A stretch of DNA of 64,000 bases from Candidatus Nomurabacteria bacterium (GTDB taxonomy: Bacteria; Patescibacteriota; Minisyncoccia; Phycocordibacterales; UBA9973): the NCBI GenBank assembly GCA_963832025.1, contig CAWHSF010000003.1:366121-430120 (forward strand). The letters run 5' to 3'. The notes below the pieces were generated by a model. That model worked only from the letters and a program-made list of their open reading frames with translations, ran no database searches and was not told the DNA's origin. How positions within the stretch are numbered: the stretch's first letter is position 1; each line of letters begins with the position of its first letter. A program made the position numbers and the translations under genes. Shown here piece by piece: positions 11,001 to 17,609 of this stretch.

Positions 11001-12514
11001 ATGTCTCCGGTCGTTATGCGTATGTAACAAATACTGCTAGTAGTGGTGATATGTATGTCGTTGATGTTTCCAATCCAGTTTCTCCAAGTACTGTCGGTAC
11101 ATTAGGACTTTCTTGGCCTCTTGGTATCAATGTCTCCGGTCATTATGCCTATGTGACGAGTTATGCTGGTGGTGGCATGTATGTCCTTGATGTTTCCAAT
11201 CCGACTGCTCCAAGTGCTGTTGCTCTTACACTCGGACTGACTACTCCTTCTTTTATCAGGGTTTCCGGTCGTTATGCCTATGTGGTGGAATCTACTGCTA
11301 GTTCCATGGCTGTCATTGACCTCACTGGTACCCAAACAACTTCTCTCACCTCCGGTAGTGCTAACATCGGTAACTTGCAAATTGCTAATGATGCTTTGAT
11401 TGGTGGTCAACTGCAGGTGAATGGTGGTTTGACGGCAAGTGGTGGAAACTTTTCGGGGGATGTGGCGACTGAGGGATCCTTAAACATTGCTGGATATGTA
11501 GGTATCGGGACGACGATGCCGGACAATCCTCTTACTGTTAACGGCGCAGCGGACAATACTACCGGTGTATGGTCTGTATTTTCTGATGAACGCTTGAAAA
11601 ATATTGACGGCAACTTTAATGATGGCTTGTCCACCCTGATGCAGTTTAATCCGGTTACGTTTACCTATAATGGACAAAATGGAATTTCGGACACTACTAC
11701 ACAGCAAATTGGTATCGTTGCTCAAGACGTGCAACAATTTGCTCCATATATGATAAATACAGTGGAAGGGACATTGAACGGACAGCCTACGAGTCTACTT
11801 CAATTCAACCCGCAAGCATTGCCATATATCACCATCAATGCAGTTAAGGAATTGAATCTAGATTTAGATGCGATTTCGGGATTGACGGTGCCGACTCCGA
11901 CTCCGGAATCTACCAGTTTTGCAACTGCGTTCTTTAAAAATATTGAAACTAAACTTATTGCTTGGTTTGCTGATGCTGGGAATGGAATAGGAGATTTGTT
12001 CGCTGGAACAATTCACGCTACAAATGAACTATGTATCAACACCACTTGCGTGACTCAAGCACAACTGCAAGCACTTTTGGCAAATTTAAATTCAAACGGA
12101 AACGCAGGAAACAATACGTCTGCCAATGCAGGCGAAAATAATTCAAATGTTCAAAATCCGCCTTCCAGTATTCCCGTAATCACTTTGATTGGTGATGCCA
12201 CCATTAATTTAAATGTCGGAGATACTTACACTGAACAAGGAGCAACTGCCACCGAAAATGATAATGCAGTCGCGGTTGTTATCAGCGGGACGGTAGACAC
12301 AACCACTGCCGGCACTTACACTGTTGATTATGATGCGACGGATTCTGCCGGGAACAAAGCGGTTGAAGTTACGAGAACAGTGATTGTTGCAAATGCGCCA
12401 GTTTCAACTTTTTCGTCGGACTCAGGATCTACGGCTACGCCTGCGACAACACCAGATTCAACAACAGCTAATTCCACAACCACTCCAGATTCTAGCACTT
12501 CAACTTCAAACTAA
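5018..12514 (+). CDS. Giant (2498 aa) membrane-anchored surface protein. Domain order: N-terminal excisionase-type HTH, one TM helix, short collagen-like GPT run, tail-fibre-like GNVGIGTTSP repeats, two 7-repeat LVIVD blocks, S74-type intramolecular chaperone domain, Ig-like domain, Thr/Ser-rich tail.
   Basis: Single uninterrupted ORF. HTH: YISTKEASSLTGYSRDYIGQLVRSNKIDSQKIGRTWYV. TM: LLSTFSFLLIAGIVSASGI. Collagen-like: GPTGPTGPAGTSG. Seven G(N/K)VGIG(T/D)T motifs. Fourteen YVSGxYAYVxD...(V/I)(V/I)D(V/I)SNP repeats. S74 domain: SDERLKNI...GIVAQDVQQFAPYMI. Ig-like: ITLIGDATINLNVGDTYTEQGATA...AGTYTVDYDATDSAGN. Confidence 0.85.
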   Translation: MNSRLYLGDDNKKYISTKEASSLTGYSRDYIGQLVRSNKIDSQKIGRTWYVSEEAILNYKIFSNQLGLVPDVAPEKIQSENFIQNPVVIPVPSVKLPAPSVSGEKLKKNLKRKKILLSTFSFLLIAGIVSASGINFKEVFKNTFSTPKSFLSASSIQSFPNNKTPTINISDLATSYENYLTPQVATSSKPSAPSVEKIIEIEKSPVTQTAVLSILQNLLSEPAIQNELRGPTGPTGPAGTSGSYATYTSYVAPNPAINYVGATFSSASNLSSNLLNTGTANINNLAVSAGAIIGSLNVTGDSSFGGQVVASTVVDSGLVNQTCIGTDASGAFEAGTCGSGSGSQWTTSGSDIYYNTGNVGIGTTSPAATLDVTGTGNFSGALTAGTINGITFSGSSTPTLSVSGTASVSGANTGDNATNTQYANDYRAANFVAGTDYQAPVTLTTTGSSGASTFSSNTLNIPNYTLAGLGGISNISGQDLSTANNATSKFITLGSLSAGTGISYDNTTGIITNSAPDQTVAFSGGTNVTIGGTYPNFTITDNSITTGGARSAISLTTTGSSGASTYNSGTGVLNIPQYQAGLSLIKGTYVDGDVCTYASTGTLLNCNTAAYQIASSALSSIAGLAWSSGTPFVKMTASGTFALDTNTYATGSGTASGTNTGDQTLTIGGTTSPTIALSGSNTATFSAGTGITLGQSAGTITITNSAPFTGGLLATGATTGATSQAQAFTNGIISPTILGGSGTTQTLNFQTTSGVGATGADMHFNVGNNGATNAMTILNSGNVGIGTTSPAQKLTVTGGNIQMTDAGAKLYLTDGSHYVSYDGTNTQIFSSVGGVNLAVNTASPISFITNSAYQMRLSATGGLSLGSTYYSTDAGAGNMIIQGKVGIGTTTPAYGLDVAKGTGATAQFFDQTATTGSTLVTIQAGAAQNAGAYTNVLNFAGNNGTTRGYIAVDGLNGVSKLNITDVVASNGNWELKDSGSLNMYAGNSIYLQNAHSNSNIQLYNTGATGVSSLAIMNGNVGIGTTGPSDLLQLGTGNLSWSSDGGGDIGASGGNRPGNIYAKIQVRAGAGYLNGNTVGGSSNFALSGGGSATLTIGGTSNTIVFKTTASNSEVMRIEPINGNVGIGTTTPTAYLNIKAGTATANTEPLQLTAGVLNTSAVSGALETDASNNLYYTPGTGTRGIIPLGTAANTLLFTTTGATNVTLPTSGTLATLGSPTFTGTVTTPALTISGITGSTQCLQVNSSGVVSGTSAACGGGGGSTAWSSITNPSGNLSLAMAGDTSTFTYGATTGSANLFNLTDTSSNTGTGVLLNVSTASGSTLNPFSVTTAGATNPSLYVGSNGNVSIGTSITNTAVLQVQAPVPESSLFAFANHDFSLGSVGTAMTIDTGATSGDTYVDMQAYNAGGVNGGPLVFNAAGGNVGIDTNDPTTALTVNGSMSNLLNPSSAFLNVVGSTSITSASVVYVSGNYAYVADYTGNELDIVDITNPNAPYVAGTLSGINHISSIYVSGRYAYVTDKSIGDMTIIDVSNPISPTVVGTLTGLNTPTSIYVSGRYAYVADSGSGDMYVIDVSTPRLPIVVATLTGLSSPSSIYVSGHYAYVADSGSGHMSIIDISDPVSPNVIGTATGLGSPSSVYVSGRYAYVTDTGSGNLYSIDLSNQASPSVVGTLPGFITPTDVYVSGNFAYVTDSDGELDVVDISDPTTPIYDTYAGLTAPDSVYVSGQYAYVADSGGGDMAVIDLTGTQTTSLTAGSANIGNLQIANDSLVGGQLQVNGALTANGGNFNSGVAVNGNISNTISSSSPPTVVATATGLTNILTDYVSGNYAYVGTGTGGTGHMYIVDISNPTAPSVVGTLSGVGKINSIYVSGQYAYVLDDSNGYMDVVDISNPHAPSVVGTVVGFTGPVSIYVSGHYAYVTDANSLTLSVIDVSNPTAPNLIGSPLSLTAPLFIYVSGHYAYVTESGGSMDIIDVSNPYSLSIVGTATGLGSLDGNVYVSGRYAYVTNTASSGDMYVVDVSNPVSPSTVGTLGLSWPLGINVSGHYAYVTSYAGGGMYVLDVSNPTAPSAVALTLGLTTPSFIRVSGRYAYVVESTASSMAVIDLTGTQTTSLTSGSANIGNLQIANDALIGGQLQVNGGLTASGGNFSGDVATEGSLNIAGYVGIGTTMPDNPLTVNGAADNTTGVWSVFSDERLKNIDGNFNDGLSTLMQFNPVTFTYNGQNGISDTTTQQIGIVAQDVQQFAPYMINTVEGTLNGQPTSLLQFNPQALPYITINAVKELNLDLDAISGLTVPTPTPESTSFATAFFKNIETKLIAWFADAGNGIGDLFAGTIHATNELCINTTCVTQAQLQALLANLNSNGNAGNNTSANAGENNSNVQNPPSSIPVITLIGDATINLNVGDTYTEQGATATENDNAVAVVISGTVDTTTAGTYTVDYDATDSAGNKAVEVTRTVIVANAPVSTFSSDSGSTATPATTPDSTTANSTTTPDSSTSTSN

Positions 12515-12515
12515 A

Positions 12516-12563
12516 CCTCACCCCTCTCCAAAAATAATTTTTTGGAGAGGGGAAAGGGGTGAG
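12516..12563 (+). terminator. GC-rich hairpin after the giant gene (family B-like sequence)
   Basis: cccctctccaaaaa-taat-tttttggagagggg, with an alternative outer pairing ctcacccc/ggggtgag. Confidence 0.5.
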
Positions 12564-12593
12564 ATAATTTCGCTTTGAAAATTAGAAAAAAAA

Positions 12594-12640
12594 TGCTATA
12601 ATAACCTTACTTGTCCCGTACTAAAATTTTGATTACGGGG
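12594..12640 (+). promoter_or_regulatory. Extended -10 promoter (TGCTATAAT) and leader hairpin upstream of gyrB
   Basis: tgctataat at 12594-12602. Hairpin gtcccgta...tacggggc at 12613-12640. Confidence 0.5.
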
Positions 12641-12681
12641 CTTGATTGATAGAGTTTATTAATTAAATTTTTAGTACTGGG

Positions 12682-14778
12682 ATGGCAAAAGAGAAAGAAG
12701 ACAAAAAAGGTGGCGACAAAAGCCACCATTATGATGCCTCCGACATCTCGGTTTTGGAGGGTCTGGAGCCGGTTCGACGCCGTCCGGGCATGTATATCGG
12801 TACGACGGGGCCGGAAGGCTTACATCATTTGATTTGGGAAATTTTTGACAACTCTCGTGATGAAGCGATGGGTGGTTTTTGTGACGATATTGAAATTGTG
12901 CTTTTGCCAAACAACCGCATACGCGTCGCCGACAACGGCCGAGGCATGCCGGTAGACATTCATAAAAAAACCAAAGTCTCCGCGTTGGAGACAGTCATGA
13001 CGACACTGCACGCCGGAGGAAAATTCGGCGGTGACCATAGTGGCTACAAAGTTTCCGGAGGTTTGCACGGTGTCGGCGCTTCGGTAGTGAATGCGCTTTC
13101 TATTTTTTGCGAAGCGAGAGTTTGTCGAGACGGTGGTGAATACCGACAAGAATATTCGGAGGGCAAAAGAAAATCCGCGGTTAAAAAAATAGCGTCTTCA
13201 AAATTGCATGGCACGATTATCACTTTTGAACCGGATAAAAAAATTTTTGGTGATATTAAATTTGATTGGAATACCATTGTCGCTCATATTCGCCAACAAG
13301 CTTATTTGGTGAAAAAACTGAAAATTTTAATTATTGATGCGCGTGAATGGGACAATAATAAAGGTATGAATGAATCCGACGTTTTTTATTTTCGGGACTT
13401 GAGGCTGGAACTTCCGTCGGTCTCTTTTTATTTTGAAGGCGGATTGGTTTCTCTCGTAAAATATTTGAACAAATTTCAAAAGCCCGTCCAAAGCAATATT
13501 TTTTATGTTGAAAAAGAATTGGATGGTGTCGGTGTGGAGATAGCTCTGCAATATGTAGATGATATTTCCGAACGCATCATTCCTTTTGCAAACAATATCA
13601 ATACTCCCGAAGGTGGCACCCATGTGACTGGTTTTAAAACAGCACTCACTAGAACTTTGAATACTTACTGCAAGAAAAATGAAATGATGAAAGAGTCCGA
13701 AGGCGGATTTACCGGCGAAGACGTCTTGGAAGGTTTGACGGCGGTCATTTCTGTAAAATTGCGCGAGATACAATTTGAAGGTCAGACTAAAGCAAAACTC
13801 GGTAGTATGGAGGCGCAAGGCGCGGTGGCGACAGTTTTCGGCGAAGCCTTCGCAAATTTCTTGGAAGAAAATCCGGACGAAGCAAAAATAATCATCAACA
13901 AATCCATTCTTGCCTTAAAAGCCCGCAAAGCCGCCAAAGCCGCCAAAGATTCCATCCTCCGCAAGGGTGCTTTGGAAGGGATGACTCTTCCGGGGAAACT
14001 CGCAGACTGCCAGAGCAAGAATGCATCCGAATCCGAACTATTCATCGTGGAGGGAGATTCCGCAGGTGGTAGTGCCAAACAAGGACGCGACCGTCGCACT
14101 CAAGCTATTTTGCCACTTGCGTGGAAAAATTTTGAATGTTGAACGCGCGCGCATTGACAAAATGCTCGCTTCCAAAGAAGTGAAATCGCTTGTCATTGCC
14201 ATGGGTACATCCATAGGAGATACCTTTGATATAGACAAAATGCGTTACCATAAAATAATCATCGCGACCGATGCCGACGTGGACGGTTCCCACATCAGCA
14301 CATTGCTTTTGACTCTTTTCTATCGATATTTTCGCCAAGTGATTGACGCGGGATATATTTACATCGCGCAGCCTCCACTATATAAAATAAAAAAAGGCAA
14401 AGAAATTTTTTATGCTTACACTGATGAAGAAAAAGTAAAAATTATCGGCAAAAATGCGGATGTGAGTGACATTGAGGAGGTGGAAGATGAAGAACCCCTA
14501 CCCGACCTCCCCCTTGTTAAGGGGGAGGAGAAGAGGAGGAGGGTCTAGAGAAAAAATCCACTAAAATTCACATTCAGCGATATAAAGGTCTCGGAGAAAT
14601 GAATCCAGAAGAACTTTGGGAGACGACCATGGATCCTGCACATCGCGTGCTCAAGCAAGTGATGATTAATGACGCCGAAGAAGCCAACAAAATTTTTGAT
14701 ATTCTCATGGGCTCCGAAGTTCCTCCGCGTAAATCTTTCATTCAATCCAATGCGAAACTAGCGGAGATTGATATCTAA
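12682..14778 (+). CDS. gyrB: DNA gyrase subunit B. The reading requires two frame changes.
   Basis: Motifs [70 protein letters not shown] and [19 protein letters not shown]. The frame changes near 14117 (extra base between CTT and CGT) and returns in the G5 run at 14521-14525, inside a palindromic insert. Confidence 0.9.
14506..14528. repeat. Family B palindrome inside gyrB
   Basis: cctccccctt-gtt-aagggggagg. The 10-bp stems are identical to the smc copy. Confidence 0.85.
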
Positions 14779-15459
14779 ATTATGCTTTATTCGCGATTTC
14801 TTTTAGAGACACATTTATTGCCGATGAGTTTTTTTATAGCATTTATGAAAATGATTTTTGAACAAGCACCGAAGAGGTATATTTCATTATTTTTTGCCAT
14901 TTGCTAAGTCAGTTTCTCACGGTTAATAATCTTATATTTAAAAACCGGATTGCATTAATCTAGTTGTTTTCGCTTGGAGATAATTTAACCCCATATTATT
15001 TTTTAATAATATTCCAATTGTTCTTGTTTTAAGAAATGTTTTTCCATGATCAGGCCTTGTATCTTAAATATTTGAATATTAAGATTTCGAAATCATCGAT
15101 AGAAAATATTCAGAATGTGCTGAGGTTTTTTCTTTTATATATTCTGAAAAATGTCATTTGACTTACGTTTACTGGCGAATTACTTCCTAGCCAGGTTTCC
15201 AATACTGCATTCTCCTACTGATATTGGCCAAGACTTTATCCATAGCTCTATCACATTGTTTCGTTTGACCAAGTGCTTCTGCCATATTCAATTAGTTAGA
15301 ATTGTCCAATTAGAATTATATAGTTTACTTAGTTATTTTCTCACACATAGACAAAAATATAGTCTTCTTTGCGCTGAGATTTGAGTTCTAATATTTTCCA
15401 CATCTATTTGTTCTCTGTGGTTGGGTATTTGCGGAGTTGGGTTAAATCGTTCTGGCATA

Positions 15460-17247
15460 TTATTTTTTGTTTTTAATTTCTTCCAAAAGTTTTTCTACAA
15501 GTTCCTCTTTTGAAATTTGTCCGAGTTGGCCAGCATCGCGAGATTCAAGGGTGACTTTGTCTGCTTCGATTTCCTTGTCGCCGACGACAATCCAATAGGG
15601 GAGCTTGTTGTTTTTTGCATCGCGAACTTTGGTGCCCAAATTTAAATCGGCATCATCAAATTCTGCGCGAATATTGTTTTCTTTTAATAACTCAAAAACC
15701 TTCTTTGCATATTCGTTATGATTTTCTCGCACAGGAATTACTTTCACTTGCACCGGAGAAAGCCAGAGAGGGAATGCTCCAGCATAGTTTTCAAGTAATA
15801 TCATGAGCATTCTTTCTGAAGAGCCAAGTATCGCTCTGTGAATCATGACCGGATGTTTTCTCTCTCCATTTTTATCGGTGTACTCTAAATCAAATCTTTC
15901 TGGTTGGACATAATCTATTTGTACGGTAGAAAGTTGCCACTCACGACCTATCGCGTCGGTTGCAATCAAGTCCATTTTTGGAGCATAAAAAGAAGCTTCG
16001 CCGGGTCCATCGAAATATTCTATCTTGTTTCTTTTCATTATTTTTTCTGCCCACTTTTCTGCCTTATCCCATGTTTCTGGGTTTCCCAAATATTTTTCTG
16101 GATGCGCAAGGTCTCTAGTTGAAAGACGATATTTATATTTGAAACCAAAAGTTTGCATGACCTCTTTTGTCATTTGTAGTGCCATGTCGACTTCTTCATC
16201 AATTTGTTCTTCGGTGCAGAATATATGACAATCATCTTGAGAAAAAGAGCGAACTCTTGCTAATCCATTTAATTGTCCCGGTTGCTCATCTCTATAGAGC
16301 ATCGCAAAATCTGTCATGCGTATCGGTAAGTCGCGATAACTTCTTTTTTGGCTTGCATAAATTTGAGTGTGTTGTGGACAATTCATTGGTTTTAAGTAAA
16401 ATTCTTCATCGGAATAATTTGAAACGACTCTGAACATATCATCTTTATATTTATCATAATGCCCAGATGTTTTAAATAGGGAAGCCTTTGCTATTTGGGG
16501 TGTCCATACTTGCATATATCCAGCTTTGGACTGAAGTGATTCAATGTAATCATTTAATAATCTTCTAATAAGAGCTCCACGAGGAGTGTATAAAGGTAAT
16601 CCACTACCGACGTATTCGGAAAATGTGAATAAATCTAATTCCTTACCAAGTTTTCGATGATCTCGTTTTTTAGCTTCTTCTTGTTGTAAAACATATGCGT
16701 CAAGTTCTGCTTTTGTTTCAAATGCGAGTCCATAAATACGAGTCAGCATTTTATTTTTCTCGTCTCCGCGCCAATAAGCTCCGGCTACGCGGTCGAGTTT
16801 GAAAGACCCTGGGTCTATTTCTGTGGCTGGATGTTCCAAGTGGCCGCCCCGGCACAAATCGGTAAATCCACCACAAGTGTAAGTAGTGATTTTTTCCCTG
16901 TCCGCCAAAGCCTTGGCGTCGGCGGATCCGCGTTTCTCTATTTCATTTATAATCTCCATCTTATACTCGTTTTTTCCGAAGAACTTTTCTGCCTCTTCTC
17001 TTGATATTTCTTTATGTTCCCACTCTGTCCACTTTGGCAGAATTTTACGCATTCTCTCTTCAATTTTCTTCAAATCTGTATCGCTAACTTTTTCTTCACC
17101 GAAATCAATGTCATAGTAAAATCCATTATCTATCGCCGGTCCCAAAGTAAGCTTTATTTTATCGAATTTGTAAATTTCCCCGACGGCGGCAGCCAAAAGG
17201 TGGGCCAGTGTATGTCTTTGCCTATTCAATTTATCAGTTTCGTTCAT
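15460..17247 (-). CDS. thrS: Threonine--tRNA ligase without the N-terminal TGS domain
   Basis: Motifs RHTLAHLLAAAV, DLCRGGHL, KPMNCPQHTQIY, FSQDDCHIFC and HRAILGSSERM, plus the anticodon-binding C-terminus. Confidence 0.95.
   Translation of the reverse strand: MNETDKLNRQRHTLAHLLAAAVGEIYKFDKIKLTLGPAIDNGFYYDIDFGEEKVSDTDLKKIEERMRKILPKWTEWEHKEISREEAEKFFGKNEYKMEIINEIEKRGSADAKALADREKITTYTCGGFTDLCRGGHLEHPATEIDPGSFKLDRVAGAYWRGDEKNKMLTRIYGLAFETKAELDAYVLQQEEAKKRDHRKLGKELDLFTFSEYVGSGLPLYTPRGALIRRLLNDYIESLQSKAGYMQVWTPQIAKASLFKTSGHYDKYKDDMFRVVSNYSDEEFYLKPMNCPQHTQIYASQKRSYRDLPIRMTDFAMLYRDEQPGQLNGLARVRSFSQDDCHIFCTEEQIDEEVDMALQMTKEVMQTFGFKYKYRLSTRDLAHPEKYLGNPETWDKAEKWAEKIMKRNKIEYFDGPGEASFYAPKMDLIATDAIGREWQLSTVQIDYVQPERFDLEYTDKNGERKHPVMIHRAILGSSERMLMILLENYAGAFPLWLSPVQVKVIPVRENHNEYAKKVFELLKENNIRAEFDDADLNLGTKVRDAKNNKLPYWIVVGDKEIEADKVTLESRDAGQLGQISKEELVEKLLEEIKNKK
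16901..16926. repeat. Family D palindrome inside thrS
   Basis: tccgccaaagccttggcgtcggcgga, translated (minus strand) as SADAKALAD. Compare the dnaG copy at 37946-37971. Confidence 0.65.
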
Positions 17248-17310
17248 ATTTCTTTATAGTATCACATTTTATTTTGCATTTCATCTTTAATATGCTAGGA
17301 TGTATCCATT

Positions 17311-17535
17311 ATGGTAGTACGAATGAGACATACAAAATCGCATACGAAAAACAGGCGCTCACACCACGCCTTGGAGAGCACTAGTTTTACTAAGTGCGAA
17401 AATTGCCAAGCTTTAAAAAGACGACATACCGTTTGTTCTGTTTGTGGTTTTTACCGCGGAAAAAAGGTTGTGGACATGATAAAGAAAGTAGAAAAGAAAC
17501 AAAAGAAAGCTAAAGCAAAAGTAGCACAGAGTTAG
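17311..17535 (+). CDS. rpmF: 50S ribosomal protein L32
   Basis: RHTKSHTKNRRSHHAL followed by a CxxC...CxxC zinc ribbon (CENCQALKRRHTVCSVCGFY). Confidence 0.85.
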   Translation: MVVRMRHTKSHTKNRRSHHALESTSFTKCENCQALKRRHTVCSVCGFYRGKKVVDMIKKVEKKQKKAKAKVAQS

Positions 17536-17609
17536 TTATGGCATTCCGAACTAGAGCAAAGCTCAGTACGGGATTGCTCATAAATTATATTCGCTACGCT
17601 CATTAATTT

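Noticed and set aside
9400-11330. Highly regular ~75-80-bp periodic repeats that could be mistaken for a CRISPR-like array
   Set aside because: They lie in one long ORF and translate to 14 LVIVD-type protein repeats. The repeat units are divergent at the DNA level and have no unique spacers.
10232-11455. The two ~145-bp repeats in the giant gene as a diversity-generating-retroelement TR/VR pair
   Set aside because: Differences are spread over all four bases, mostly at synonymous third positions, rather than being adenine-specific. No reverse transcriptase gene is present in the window.
5266-11737. Many antisense or off-frame ORFs (66-112 aa) overlapping the giant gene
   Set aside because: They are all nested in a 7.5-kb ORF with strong protein-repeat structure. 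Their compositions (Pro/Val/Ala-rich, or Arg/Cys-rich) are mirror images of the Gly/Thr/Ser-rich sense frame.
12384-12578. A 64-aa ORF overlapping the end of the giant gene and the downstream hairpin (…PHPSPKIIFWRGERGEIISL)
   Set aside because: It is an off-frame read of the Thr/Ser-rich tail plus translation of a palindromic, terminator-like element. It has no start context.
15151-15384. A 77-aa plus-strand ORF in the gyrB-thrS gap
   Set aside because: It has no RBS and a Leu/Phe/Ile-rich composition typical of random AT-rich sequence. The more protein-like fragments here are on the opposite strand and are broken.
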